A stretch of 64,000 bases of DNA from Macrostomum lignano (GCA_002269645.1 NIVC01000730.1:186001-250000), one strand, 5' to 3'; shown: positions 21,101 through 36,352, counted from the first letter of the stretch. Numbers and translations are program-made. Notes: generated by a model not told the origin, from the sequence alone.

Positions 21101-24100
21101 TTCACTTATATAATTTAACACTTTAAAATCCAAGCATAAAGTAAATCACACGAAGCAGTTATGACATAATCAGTTTCTCAGTCAGTTAGTATCAGTTAAC
21201 AATATGGTTACGCAATTTAAATCAAGTCTGGTGCTACGCTTCCACACTGTATTTTCAATTCAAGTCGGAGTTACAATTCAGTTATGATGCAATCTATTTC
21301 AGAATCAGAATTCAACCAGTCAGTTTTTTCTCTAGCATTCTTAGAATGTATTTTTCAAGTCGAAAGAGCTGCTTGACCTTTGCAAAAAAGCATGTTTTTC
21401 GAATATTTAATGCCTTAAGCATCGAGCAATTTCTTAGCCACGATGCATGTACAGTCACGGGAAAATTTCTGATCGAACAGTGCAAGTTCGAACAAAATCG
21501 GTCCAGCCATTTTTTCTCTAATCGATCACATAGATAGATAGACACAGACAGACAATTTTTAGTATATAGGACTAGCCATTTAGCCCCCCGCTGGGGAGCC
21601 TTAAAAATGACACCCCAGCATTTAAAATGAAAGTGGTTTTTATTTTGGCCCAAGAGTATATAACCTTACTAATTATCCAAAATGTTGATTTCCATTCATC
21701 AAAAATTACTTTTTTTGATTTTTGGCAAAGATAAATTGCCATGAATCAAAACTTTCACCAGCCAAAAAAGTTTCCGACATCAGCCTAAAACCCTTTCTCA
21801 ATCAGCGAATAATGCCTATCCTTTCAAGCACAAACTCTTAGTGCATATCGTCATTGGCCTGGGCATATTCTGATCCGCAGCAAATATGCAAATCATTGAC
21901 GGCCTTAGACCCTCTTTTAATTAGCCTACATCAAAGAATGAAACCTTTAATAGATGCGCTGGTATGTCCTATTAGCAGAAATCAGCATCACTTGTGTGTA
22001 CAATTTCATTATCTGAATTACATTAGGTACTTCAGCCGTACTACCTGACTATCTGACAATCGCCCAACAACCTAACATCCCCCAACAATTCAGCCATCGT
22101 CCATGAGCCTTGGCATCTTAGCAATTCCCCTCCCCCCCAGTAAGCCTTGACATATCAGCAATTCTCCCAGTAAGCCTTTACATCTCAGCAATTCCCCCAG
22201 TAAGCCTTGAAATCTCACCAATTCCCCCAGTAAGCCTTGACATCTCAGCAATTCCACCAGTAAGCCTTGACAAGAATTGCTAAGAATTGCTAAGAATACT
22301 TGGCTAACAATTGCTAATACTTGCAAGAATTGCTGAGAAGCCTTGAGATCTCAGCAGTTCCCCCAGTAAGCATTGATATCTCAGCATTCCCCCAGTAAGC
22401 CTTGAAATCTCAGCATTCCCCCAGAAAGCCTTCACATCTTAGCAATTCCCAGTAAGACTTGACAATTCATCAATTCCCCCAGAAAGCCTTGACATCTCAG
22501 CAGTTCCCCCATTAAGCATCGACATCGCAGAAATTAAACTCGAGCCTTGACATCTACGCAGTTCTCTCAGCCGAGTAAGCCTTGACATCCCAACAACTCA
22601 ACTCCCCTCCCCCAAGAATTCAGCAATCCCCTTATGAGCCTTGATATCTCAGCAATTTCTTCATGAGCCTTGTCAACTCAGCGATTCCATCCATGAGCTT
22701 TGATATCTTAGCAACTCCCATCTTAGCAAGTCTTTAGTTGATGGCAAGTCCTTGGTTGATGGTTAACAGAGTGGTTATTCTATGATTAAACCAAAACTGA
22801 CCCTAAGCCCCTAACCCTAACCCATAAGTGAGTCTTGGCATGTTAGCAATCTCCCCCGTGAGCCTTGAGCCTGAGCATTTAAGTAACTTCCTCATAAGCT
22901 TTGAAATCTAAATTTCACCGAAAGCCTTAAACTGTCAGCAATTTCCGAAGAGCCAAGGCATATAACTAATTCGACCCTTTAATCTTAGAAATTCCTTAAT
23001 GAATCATTTATGATTGACACGACGATGGCTCTATAATTGAACTCAAACCCTAACCCTTAACCTGCAGCCGAGTCACAGCATTTCAGCAACTCCTTCTCAG
23101 CTCAAGAATGTCAGAAATTCCCCAATGAGCTTTTGAAATCTTAGCAATTTTCCCATGAGCATGAAAATTTAGCGACTAACCTTTTGATATCTTGGCACTT
23201 TCACACGAGTCTTATGATTGAACCCTAACCCTGCCAAGTCACAGCATTTCAGCAATTCCCACTATGAACCACAGCATTTCAACAATTACCCAATGAACCT
23301 TGACATTTCCTGAATTTCAGCTATTCCCTTTAGGAGCCTTTGAAATCTCAGCCATTCCCCTGTGAACCTTAGTATCTCAGCAATACCTAAGAGTCACAGC
23401 CTACAGCATTACAGGGATCCCCCGTGAGCTTTGAAATCTCAACTATTCCCAATGAGCCTTGATATCTCAGCAACTCCTATTTGAGGCAATATCCCCATGT
23501 TTTGCAATCACAGCAATTCCCCCTGAGCCTTGAGCCACAGTATATTTCAGATACCCCCCATGAGCCTTGACATTCCCTAATGAGTATTTTATGTAAGACA
23601 GGCCTATTCATTTATATGGTTTACGTCTTACTCTTACCCTAAAAATGTCGGCAATTCCCCAAGAGCCACAGCATTCCAGAAATTATCTCCATGAGCCTTG
23701 ACAGCAAATAATTTTAATGAGCCTTGATACCTCAGCAATTTCTCAAATGAACTTTGAAATCAAAGCAATTCTGCCCAGAATCACATCAGTATATGAATTT
23801 CCCTCTGAGCCTTGACAAGACATCTCCGAATTTCTCCCATGGGCCTTGATCTGGCCCATGGCCCAGTAAGCCTTGAAATCTCAATAATTCCCTAGTAAGC
23901 CTTGACATCTCAGAAATTCCCTCATTAAGATCGACATCGCAGCAATTGAACTCAAGCTTTGAAATCAAAGCAATTCTCCCCAGAATCACTGGAATCGAAT
24001 CCCCAGAATCGCTGAGCCTTGAGATCTTAGAAATTCTCCCATGAGTCTTGATATCACAGAAATTTCCCATACCAGCCTTGAAATCTTAGCAATTCACATT

Positions 24101-27028
24101 GAGTATTTTATTCTCGACAGACAGCTTTTTTTATGGTTGACATGGTGATTCTTTTGTCGCTTTTTCTTGTGTTGAGTTTTTTTCTGTATAAAGTAGCATT
24201 TATTAAAATCTTACTTTTCAATTAATTACTCAGAAAAACAAAGAAAAAACAGGTAAACACTTTAGCAATGGTTTACCATCACTTTAGCAATGGTTTACCA
24301 TCACTTTAGCAATGGTTCACCAGCAGTTTAGCAATGGTTTAGCATCACTTTAGCAATGGTTCACCAGCAGTTTAGCAATGGTTTAGAATCACTTTAGCAA
24401 TGGTTCACCAGCAGTTTAGCAATGGTTCACCAGTAGTTTAGCAATGGTTCACCATCACTTTAGCAATGGTTTACCATCACTTTAGCAATGGTTTACCATC
24501 ACTTTAGCAATGGTTCACCAGCAGTTTAGCAATAGTTCACCAGCAGTTTAGCAATGGTTCACCAGCAGTTTAGCAATGGGTTCACCGGCACTATTCCGCA
24601 AAATCTGCATAGGATACAATCATTATTGTCACAGGTCACAAAGATAAATTCGCTGCTTCAATGCAGGCTCGAACTGCTGACATCAAAGCATTCTGCTTAG
24701 CTTCTGCCGGATACTGCCTGCCTACTGCGGCTGTTTTGCCTATTGACATGTGGTCGAAATAATCTAGTTTAGCAACTTCAGCCGTTTGAAGTTAACCCCC
24801 AGAAATAGGCATTTATCCCTACAACAACCTGAAATTATTTCTGCATTAATCCCGCAAAAAGACTGCAGTTATTTCTTAGCAGCCGGCATTTATCATCCAC
24901 TTTTTTTAAAACTTTTATTAAAATTAAGAATGCATGCCCTCAGCGGCATAGAATTGTCCCCTTAGCCAAAAATATTTCACTTAGCAGCCGCAGAAATCCC
25001 CTAAACAACTTGTACTTAATCTTCCACAGTAAATATCCACTCAAAACTCAATAGTTAGTTATAAGCCTCAGAAGTCTGCCATTATCCTTTAATTAGTCCG
25101 CAGTTTTCCCTCTCAGCAGTCTGCAGCTATACGCTCATACGTCTGGAGGAACTACCTCAGCAGTTTGCAGTTGTTTCCACTTTGCAATCTGCAATGATCC
25201 CTTCGACAGTCTGCAGTTCCCCTCAGCAGTCTGCAGTCATTTCATTTTCAGTCTACAAGTGTTCAATTAACAATTTTCAGTCATCCTCTCAGCAGCCTGC
25301 AGTTCTTCTCTCAGCCGGCTCCTCAGTCTCCTCTGCAAACTGCAATTTGCTCAGAATTGTACGGCTCACTAATCAATTTTCGATACATATCGGCAGTTTT
25401 GAAAATCTCAGCATTTAGCAATACCTTCAGCAGTTTTTTTCAGAATCGTCTGCAGTTTAGCAATTTCATACTTTCATGGAGCTAGGCAATATACCCATTG
25501 ATGGGATCAGTACGCTCGTAATACATGTACTTGAAGCAGTTTCTACAAATCAAATTTGCTTATCGACTTGTGCCAAACAGCAAAAATACGTGTAGTTCAT
25601 TAAGTGTGCCTTGTTAATTAAGCATAAAAGTTTCAATTAGTCGAAGCACAAGCTAAAATAAATAATTAGTTCAATTTTAATTGTCCGCTGCGAGGTAGAC
25701 TCGAACCTGGGACCTTACGCCTATCCTAAAACTGGTCCTAGTGCCTACAGTGCGGCTACTCCGCCTATTGATCGGAGGGCGACAAAATCAGCCATATATG
25801 CTTTGGCATTGCAGTCAAATACACAGCAGTGATAGGCTGCTTAGTGCACGGGTTGTATGCAGGCAGAGCCAATGCGCAGTTAAGTAAAATCTATAAATTA
25901 GATTTAAGTCTGGAGGAACTAATTCACAGTCTGCAGTTCTTCTCTGGCCGGCACCTCAATCCCCTCAGAAAACTGCAATTTGCTCAGAATTGTACGGCTC
26001 ACTAATCAATTTTCGATACATATCGGCAGTCTTGAAAAGCTCAGCATTTAGCAGCATTGTCTGCAGTTTAGTAATTTCGTACTTTTATGGAGCTAGACAA
26101 TACCCATTGATGGGATCAGTTATACTCGAAGCAGTTTTTACAAATCAAATTTGATTAGTGGCTAGTGCCGAGTAGCAAAAAATGAATTGCTAATTAATAA
26201 AAAAATGTTTCAATTGAAATTAAATAAAAAATGTTTCAATTTGTCCAGGCACAAGCTATAAATTATTGAATTATTTTAATTTTAATTATCCACCGGGGAG
26301 GCAGACTCGAACCTTGGACCTTACGTCTAGCCTAAACCTAGTCCTAAGTGCCTACACTGCGGCTACTCCGCCTATTGATGGGAGGACAACAAAATCAGCC
26401 ATATATCCTTCAGAACTGCAGTTAAAATACATAGCAGTGATAGGCTGCTCAGTGTGTAGGCGTGCAGGCGGAGCCAATGCACAGTTGATTGAGTGAAATC
26501 TATAAATAGCAATTTTCTATGGAGTCCGCCAGTCAGAGCCAGGGTCAGAATGTACACACGCAGCCACTGAGCATTTTTTCTCCTTGCACACTGCAACCAG
26601 TATTGAAGCTTACACAGTGGAGAGAGAAAAGTTATGGCGCAATCATAATTGGAATTGGAATTCAGCCAGTCCAGTCAAGAATTCAACCTAGTTTGCCCTA
26701 CCATTAAAAGCATTGGGAAAACTCGTTTTTCGAATATTTAATACCTTTAGCATTAAAGCCGATTAAAGAAATTTTAACTGTCTTCTTTCCAGATAATTAC
26801 AAATCTTTTTGTAAAAACGCGATTAAAATTGGTCAATTGGTTCTATCTCTAGAACGTTATGCAAATACCAACACAAATTCTCTTCGAGTGAAAGCCACAC
26901 GAAGCAGCTATGACATAATCAAATACTCAGGCAGTCAGCATCAGTCTCAATTAAAGTTAGCAATATGGTTACGCAATTTATTATTATTATTATTTATTTT
27001 TATTATTTATTATTATTATTAATTATTA
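18144..27028. repeat. 8.9-kb tandem repeat, copy 2 (3'-truncated module A plus 5'-truncated module B; CTAG|TC junction at 21571/21572)
   Basis: Near-identical to copy 1, with the same junction filler at 26980-27028. Confidence 0.95.
19040..20950 (-). repeat. 23-bp satellite, copy 2
   Basis: Same unit as 10150-12064. Confidence 0.97.
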
Positions 27029-30000
27029 TTCAGTAATTCTCTCTGAGAGTCATTATAGCACTACTACAGCATTATAGCGATTCCCTGCAAGTCTCGACAT
27101 CGTTGGGATTCCCAAATGAATCTCTTAACTTCGACATGAAGCTTCTTTTATTTTTTACATTACGCTTTTTTATCAGCGATCCCTCCCCTGAGGAGGCATC
27201 AAATAATGTAATAAAAAGTTTTCAATAAACTATATGTAGCTTCTGACTTTAGCCTTGAAATCTCATTTATACCCCCGTGAGCCTTGACATCTCAGCTATT
27301 CCCCCCGTAAGCCTTAACATGTCAGCGATGGCCCCCATAAACCTTGAAATCTAAAAAATCCCCTGTTATTCTGTTAACCTTGAAACCCGATAAAATATAA
27401 CCCTCAACCCACACCTGACCTAAACCTAACTTTAACCCAACCTAAAGCCTTGAAATCTCAGCAATTCTTCTCCCCTAAGCCTTGACATTTTAGTGATTCG
27501 ATCCTTCTTTAAGAATCACAGCACTATAACGATTTCCACCAAGCTTTGACATCGTAGCAATTCCCAAATGAATCTTTTAACTTCGACATGACTTTTCTTT
27601 TATGTATACGTAGTGCTACTTAGTGCTACTAGCTGATAGACTCTGCTTCTATCAGCGCCCCCCCCGTGGCGAGCCAACAAAGAATGCAATAAAAAATTGA
27701 GTAAAGTACATGAACTTTGAAGTAGCTTCTGACTTTTGCTTTGACATCTCAGAAACCGCCCCCCCGTAATCTCAGTTTTTCTCTAAGAGCCTTGACGTCT
27801 CAGTAATTCTCCCCAGCACAGCATTATAGCTTCATTTAATTTTTACATGACACCCTTCATGTCTGACATGACGCTTCTTTTATTCTAGCATGATGCTTCT
27901 TATAATATTTTAAATGACACTTTCATTAGTTTTTAAATGAGGCTTCTATGATTTTTTCATGACGCTTCTATGATTTTTTACATGACGCTTCTATGATTTT
28001 TTACATGACGCTTCTATGATTGTTTACATTACGCTTCTATGATTGTTTACATGACGCTTCTATGATTTTTATATGACGCTTCTATGATTGTTTACATAGC
28101 GCTTCTATGATTGTTTACATGACGCTTCTATGATTTTTAAATGACGCTTCTATGATTTTTTCATGACGCTTCTATGATTGTTTACATGACGCTTCTATGA
28201 TTGTTTACATGACGCTTCTATGATTTTTATATGACGCTTCTACGATTTTTTACCTGGCGCTTCTATGATTGTTTACATGACGCTTCTATGATTTTTAAAT
28301 GAGGCTTCTTTATTGTTTACATGACGCTTCTATGATTGTTTACATGACGCTTCTATGATTTTTTACATGACGCTTCTATGATTCATTACATGACGCTTCT
28401 ATGATTTTTTACATGACGCTTCTATGATTTTTATCTGACGCTTTTACGATTTTTACATGACGCTTCTATGATTGTTTACATGACGCTTCTATGATTGTTT
28501 ACATGACGCTTCTATGATTTTTACATGACGCTTCTATGATTTTTACATGACGCTTCTATGATTTTTTCATGACGCTTCTATGATTTTTTACATGACGCTT
28601 CTATGATTGTTTACATGACGCTTCTATGATTTTTACATGACGCTTCTATGATTTTTACATGACGCTTCTATGATTTTTTCATAGACGCTTCTATGATTTT
28701 TACATGACGCTTCTATGATTTTTAATGACGCTTCTATGATTTTTACATGACGCTTCTATGATTGTTTACATGACGCTTCTATGATTGTTTACATGACGCT
28801 TCTATGATTTTTTATGACGCTTCTATGATTTTTACATGACGCTTCTATGATTTTTACATGACGCTTCTATGATTTTTACATGACGCTTCTATGATTTTTA
28901 TATGACGCTTCTATGATTGTTTACATGACGCTTCTATGATTGTTTACATGACGCTTTTGTGATTTTTACATGACGCTTCTATGATTTTTTACATGACGCT
29001 TCTATGATTTTTTCATGACGCTTCTATGATTTTTTAAAAATGACGCTTCTATGATTTTTATATAACGCTTCTGCGATTTTTTACATGGCGCTTCTATGAT
29101 TGTTTACATGACGCTTCTATGATTTTTTAAATGACGCTTCTATGATTTTTTAAATGACGCTTCTATGATTTTTTACATGGCGCTTCTATGATTGTTTACA
29201 TGACGCTTCTATGATTTTTGACATGACGCTTCTACGATTTTTTACATGGCGCTTCTATGATTGTTTACATGACGCTTCTATGATTTTTTATATGACGCTT
29301 CTATGATTGTTTACATGACGCTTCTATGATTTTTTATATGACGCTTCTATGATTGTTTACATGACGCTTGTATGACTGTTTACATGACGCTTCTATGATT
29401 GTTTACATGACGCTTCTATGATTGTTTACATGAAGCTTCTATGATTGTTTACATGACGCTTCTATGATTTTTTATATGACGCTTCTATGATTGTTTACAT
29501 GACGCTTCTATGATTTTTTATATGACGCTTCTATGATTGTTTACATGACGCTTCTATGATTGTTTACATGACGCTTCTATGATTGTTTACATGACGCTTC
29601 TATGATTGTTTACATGAAGCTTCTATGATTGTTTACATGACGCTTCTATGATTTTTTAAAAATGACGCTTCTATGATTTTTATATAACGCTTCTGCGATT
29701 TTTTACATGGCGCTTCTATGATTGTTTACATGACGCTTCTATGATTTTTCAAATGACGCTTCTATGATTTTTTACATGGCGCTTCTATGATTGTTTACAT
29801 GACGCTTCTATGATTTTTACACGACGCTTCTTTTTAAAAAGTCTTTTAGTTTTCCTGACGTTGAAAAGCTTTAATTAAAGAAATTATACTCTATGAAAAT
29901 TCGAACCATCGTTGCTGCATTTAGCAGTTCAGTTTGTTCACCTCTAGGCTAGCTCTCATCGTTTTGATATCATCAAATTTTTCACTTATATAATTTAACA

Positions 30001-33000
30001 CTTTAAAATCCAAGCATAAAGTAAATCACACGAAGCAGTTATGACATAATCAGTTTCTCAGTCAGTCAGTATCAGTTAACAATATGGTTACGCAATTTAA
30101 ATCAAGTCTGGTGCTACGCTTCCACACTGTATTTTCAATTCAAGTCGGAGTTACAATTCAGTTATGATGCAATCTATTTCAGAATCAGAATTCAACCAGT
30201 CAGTTTTTTCTCTAGCATTCTTAGAATGTATTTTTCAAGTCGAAAGAGCTGCTTGACCTTTGCAAAAAAGCATGTTTTTCGAATATTTAATGCCTTAAGC
30301 ATCGAGCAATTTCTTAGCCACGATGCATGTACAGTCACGGGAAAATTTCTGATCGAACAGTGCAAGTTCGAACAAAATCGGTCCAGCCATTTTTTCTCTA
30401 ATCGATCACATAGATAGATAGACACAGACAGACAATTTTTAGTATATAGGACTAGCCATTTAGCCCCCCGCTGGGGAGCCTTAAAAATGACACCCCAGCA
30501 TTTAAAATGAAAGTGGTTTTTATTTTGGCCCAAGAGTATATAACCTTACTAATTATCCAAAATGTTGATTTCCATTCATCAAAAATTACTTTTTTTGATT
30601 TTTGGCAAAGATAAATTGCCATGAATCAAAACTTTCACCAGCCAAAAAAGTTTCCGACATCAGCCTAAAACCCTTTCTCAATCAGCGAATAATGCCTATC
30701 CTTTCAAGCACAAACTCTTAGTGCATATCGTCATTGGCCTGGGCATATTCTGATCCGCAGCAAATATGCAAATCATTGACGGCCTTAGACCCTCTTTTAA
30801 TTAGCCTACATCAAAGAATGAAACCTTTAATAGATGCGCTGGTATGTCCTATTAGCAGAAATCAGCATCACTTGTGTGTACAATTTCATTATCTGAATTA
30901 CATTAGGTACTTCAGCCGTACTACCTGACTATCTGACAATCGCCCAACAACCTAACATCCCCCAACAATTCAGCCATCGTCCATGAGCCTTGGCATCTTA
31001 GCAATTCCCCTCCCCCCAGTAAGCCTTGACATATCAGCAATTCTCCCAGTAAGCCTTTACATCTCAGCAATTCCCCCAGTAAGCCTTGAAATCTCACCAA
31101 TTCCCCCAGTAAGCCTTGACATCTCAGCAATTCCACCAGTAAGCCTTGACAAGAATTGCTAAGAATTGCTAAGAATACTTGGCTAACAATTGCTAATACT
31201 TGCAAGAATTGCTGAGAAGCCTTGAGATCTCAGCAGTTCCCCAGTAAGCATTGATATCTCAGCATTCCCCCAGTAAGCCTTGAAATCTCAGCATTCCCCA
31301 GAAAGCCTTCACATCTTAGCAATTCCCAGTAAGACTTGACAATTCATCAATTCCCCCAGAAAGCCTTGACATCTCAGCAGTTCCCCCATTAAGCATCGAC
31401 ATCGCAGAAATTAAACTCGAGCCTTGACATCTACGCAGTTCTCTCAGCCGAGTAAGCCTTGACATCCCAACAACTCAACTCCCCTCCCCAAGAATTCAGC
31501 AATCCCCTTATGAGCCTTGATATCTCAGCAATTTCTTCATGAGCCTTGTCAACTCAGCGATTCCATCCATGAGCTTTGATATCTTAGCAACTCCCATCTT
31601 AGCAAGTCTTTAGTTGATGGCAAGTCCTTGGTTGATGGTTAACAGAGTGGTTATTCTATGATTAAACCAAAACTGACCCTAAGCCCCTAACCCTAACCCA
31701 TAAGTGAGTCTTGGCATGTTAGCAATCTCCCCCGTGAGCCTTGAGCCTGAGCATTTAAGTAACTTCCTCATAAGCTTTGAAATCTAAATTTCACCGAAAG
31801 CCTTAAACTGTCAGCAATTTCCGAAGAGCCAAGGCATATAACTAATTCGACCCTTTAATCTTAGAAATTCCTTAATGAATCATTTATGATTGACACGACG
31901 ATGGCTCTATAATTGAACTCAAACCCTAACCCTTAACCTGCAGCCGAGTCACAGCATTTCAGCAACTCCTTCTCAGCTCAAGAATGTCAGAAATTCCCCA
32001 ATGAGCTTTTGAAATCTTAGCAATTTTCCCATGAGCATGAAAATTTAGCGACTAACCTTTTGATATCTTGGCACTTTCACACGAGTCTTATGATTGAACC
32101 CTAACCCTGCCAAGTCACAGCATTTCAGCAATTCCCACTATGAACCACAGCATTTCAACAATTACCCAATGAACCTTGACATTTCCTGAATTTCAGCTAT
32201 TCCCTTTAGGAGCCTTTGAAATCTCAGCCATTCCCCTGTGAACCTTAGTATCTCAGCAATACCTAAGAGTCACAGCCTACAGCATTACAGGGATCCCCCG
32301 TGAGCTTTGAAATCTCAACTATTCCCCAATGAGCCTTGATATCTCAGCAACTCCTATTTGAGGCAATATCCCCATGTTTTGCAATCACAGCAATTCCCCC
32401 TGAGCCTTGAGCCACAGTATATTTCAGATACCCCCATGAGCCTTGACATTCCCTAATGAGTATTTTATGTAAGACAGGCCTATTCATTTATATGGTTTAC
32501 GTCTTACTCTTACCCTAAAAATGTCGGCAATTCCCCCAAGAGCCACAGCATTCCAGAAATTATCTCCATGAGCCTTGACAGCAAATAATTTTAATGAGCC
32601 TTGATACCTCAGCAATTTCTCAAATGAACTTTGAAATCAAAGCAATTCTGCCCAGAATCACATCAGTATATGAATTTCCCTCTGAGCCTTGACAAGACAT
32701 CTCCGAATTTCTCCCATGGGCCTTGATCTGGCCCATGGCCCAGTAAGCCTTGAAATCTCAATAATTCCCTAGTAAGCCTTGACATCTCAGAAATTCCCTC
32801 ATTAAGATCGACATCGCAGCAATTGAACTCAAGCTTTGAAATCAAAGCAATTCTCCCCAGAATCACTGGAATCGAATCCCCAGAATCGCTGAGCCTTGAG
32901 ATCTTAGAAATTCTCCCATGAGTCTTGATATCACAGAAATTTCCCATACCAGCCTTGAAATCTTAGCAATTCACATTGAGTATTTTATTCTCGACAGACA

Positions 33001-35856
33001 GCTTTTTTTATGGTTGACATGGTGATTCTTTTGTCGCTTTTTCTTGTGTTGAGTTTTTTTCTGTATAAAGTAGCATTTATTAAAATCTTACTTTTCAATT
33101 AATTACTCAGAAAAACAAAGAAAAAACAGGTAAACACTTTAGCAATGGTTTACCATCACTTTAGCAATGGTTTACCATCACTTTAGCAATGGTTCACCAG
33201 CAGTTTAGCAATGGTTTAGCATCACTTTAGCAATGGTTCACCAGCAGTTTAGCAATGGTTTAGAATCACTTTAGCAATGGTTCACCAGCAGTTTAGCAAT
33301 GGTTCACCAGTAGTTTAGCAATGGTTCACCATCACTTTAGCAATGGTTTACCATCACTTTAGCAATGGTTTACCATCACTTTAGCAATGGTTCACCAGCA
33401 GTTTAGCAATAGTTCACCAGCAGTTTAGCAATGGTTCACCAGCAGTTTAGCAATGGGTTCACCGGCACTATTCCGCAAAATCTGCATAGGATACAATCAT
33501 TATTGTCACAGGTCACAAAGATAAATTCGCTGCTTCAATGCAGGCTCGAACTGCTGACATCAAAGCATTCTGCTTAGCTTCTGCCGGATACTGCCTGCCT
33601 ACTGCGGCTGTTTTGCCTATTGACATGTGGTCGAAATAATCTAGTTTAGCAACTTCAGCCGTTTGAAGTTAACCCCCAGAAATAGGCATTTATCCCTACA
33701 ACAACCTGAAATTATTTCTGCATTAATCCCGCAAAAAGACTGCAGTTATTTCTTAGCAGCCGGCATTTATCATCCACTTTTTTTAAAACTTTTATTAAAA
33801 TTAAGAATGCATGCCCTCAGCGGCATAGAATTGTCCCCTTAGCCAAAAATATTTCACTCAGCAGCCGCAGAAATCCCCTAAACAACTTGTACTTAATCTT
33901 CCACAGTAAATATCCACTCAAAACTCAATAGTTAGTTATAAGCCTCAGAAGTCTGCCATTATCCTTTAATTAGTCCGCAGTTTTCCCTCTCAGCAGTCTG
34001 CAGCTATACGCTCATACGTCTGGAGGAACTACCTCAGCAGTTTGCAGTTGTTTCCACTTTGCAATCTGCAATGATCCCTTCGACAGTCTGCAGTTCCCCT
34101 CAGCAGTCTGCAGTCATTTCATTTTCAGTCTACAAGTGTTCAATTAACAATTTTCAGTCATCCTCTCAGCAGCCTGCAGTTCTTCTCTCAGCCGGCTCCT
34201 CAGTCTCCTCTGCAAACTGCAATTTGCTCAGAATTGTACGGCTCACTAATCAATTTTCGATACATATCGGCAGTTTTGAAAATCTCAGCATTTAGCAATA
34301 CCTTCAGCAGTTTTTTTCAGAATCGTCTGCAGTTTAGCAATTTCATACTTTCATGGAGCTAGGCAATATACCCATTGATGGGATCAGTACGCTCGTAATA
34401 CATGTACTTGAAGCAGTTTCTACAAATCAAATTTGCTTATCGACTTGTGCCAAACAGCAAAAATACGTGTAGTTCATTAAGTGTGCCTTGTTAATTAAGC
34501 ATAAAAGTTTCAATTAGTCGAAGCACAAGCTAAAATAAATAATTAGTTCAATTTTAATTGTCCGCTGCGAGGTAGACTCGAACCTGGGACCTTACGCCTA
34601 TCCTAAAACTGGTCCTAGTGCCTACAGTGCGGCTACTCCGCCTATTGATCGGAGGGCGACAAAATCAGCCATATATGCTTTGGCATTGCAGTCAAATACA
34701 CAGCAGTGATAGGCTGCTTAGTGCACGGGTTGTATGCAGGCAGAGCCAATGCGCAGTTAAGTAAAATCTATAAATTAGATTTAAGTCTGGAGGAACTAAT
34801 TCACAGTCTGCAGTTCTTCTCTGGCCGGCACCTCAATCCCCTCAGAAAACTGCAATTTGCTCAGAATTGTACGGCTCACTAATCAATTTTCGATACATAT
34901 CGGCAGTCTTGAAAAGCTCAGCATTTAGCAGCATTGTCTGCAGTTTAGTAATTTCGTACTTTTATGGAGCTAGACAATACCCATTGATGGGATCAGTTAT
35001 ACTCGAAGCAGTTTTTACAAATCAAATTTGATTAGTGGCTAGTGCCGAGTAGCAAAAAATGAATTGCTAATTAATAAAAAAATGTTTCAATTGAAATTAA
35101 ATAAAAAATGTTTCAATTTGTCCAGGCACAAGCTATAAATTATTGAATTATTTTAATTTTAATTATCCACCGGGGAGGCAGACTCGAACCTTGGACCTTA
35201 CGTCTAGCCTAAACCTAGTCCTAAGTGCCTACACTGCGGCTACTCCGCCTATTGATGGGAGGACAACAAAATCAGCCATATATCCTTCAGAACTGCAGTT
35301 AAAATACATAGCAGTGATAGGCTGCTCAGTGTGTAGGCGTGCAGGCGGAGCCAATGCACAGTTGATTGAGTGAAATCTATAAATAGCAATTTTCTATGGA
35401 GTCCGCCAGTCAGAGCTAGGGTCAGAATGTACACATGCAGCCACTGAGCATTTTTTCTCCTTGCACACTGCAACCAGTATTGAAGCTTACACAGTGGAGA
35501 GAGAAAAGTTATGGCGCAATCATAATTGGAATTGGAATTCAGCCAGTCCAGTCAAGAATTCAACCTAGTTTGCCCTACCATTAAAAGCATTGGGAAAACT
35601 CGTTTTTCGAATATTTAATACCTTTAGCATTAAAGCCGATTAAAGAAATTTTAACTGTCTTCTTTCCAGATAATTACAAATCTTTTTGTAAAAACGCGAT
35701 TAAAATTGGTCAATTGGTTCTATCTCTAGAACGTTATGCAAATACCAACACAAATTCTCTTCGAGTGAAAGCCACACAAAGCAGCTATGACATAATCAAA
35801 TACTCAGGCAGTCAGCATCAGTCTCAATTAAAGTTAGCAATATGGTTACGCAATTT
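27029..35856. repeat. 8.9-kb tandem repeat, copy 3 (CTAG|TC junction at 30451/30452); continues into the native Helitron 5' region
   Basis: Near-identical to copies 1 and 2, with a few private substitutions near its right end and no filler after 35856. Confidence 0.95.
27929..29830 (-). repeat. 23-bp satellite, copy 3
   Basis: Same unit as 10150-12064. Confidence 0.97.
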
Positions 35857-36352
35857 CTGTCTTTCAACTTGGCACAGTGTTTTCAACTTGTAGTGATGCA
35901 ATCTTTATCAAAATCAGAATTCAGTCAGTCGGTTTTTTCTCTAGCATTTTTACAGCGCATTTCAAGTCGAAAGAGCTGCTTGACCTTTGCAAAAAAGCAT
36001 GTTTTTCGAATATTTAATCCCTTTAGCATTGAAGCAGATTAAAGAAATTTTAACCGTCTTCTTTCCAGACAATTTTGAATCTTTTGGCGAAAACGCGATG
36101 AAAATCGGTGAAGAATTGCAATCTGTAGAGCGTTATGGACAAACATACAAACAAACAAACAAACCTTAGAGATTTAGTATATTTATTAGAGATTTAGTAT
36201 ATTTAGATTATTATTATTATTATTATTTATTAGATAGATAGAAGATTAGAAGATAGATTAGATAGATAGATTTAGATTAGATAGAAGATAGAAGATAGAT
36301 TAGATGGACATTCATTCAAACATACAAACCTTAGAGATTTAGTATATTTAGA
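30452..36352 (-). mobile_element. Helitron module B, copy 3, with intact and reiterated 5' termini
   Basis: Minus strand A|TCTAAATATACTAAATCTCTAAGGTTTG... starts at 36352, and A|TCTAAATATACTAAATCTCTAA at 36207. A partial third copy ending near 36185 leads into a (TTTG)n tract. 3' CTAG at 30455-30452. Confidence 0.8.

Noticed and set aside
9252-35856. Triplication as a pure assembly artefact
   Set aside because: A novel junction filler and copy-specific deamination-type substitutions argue for real copies, although exact copy number needs spanning reads.
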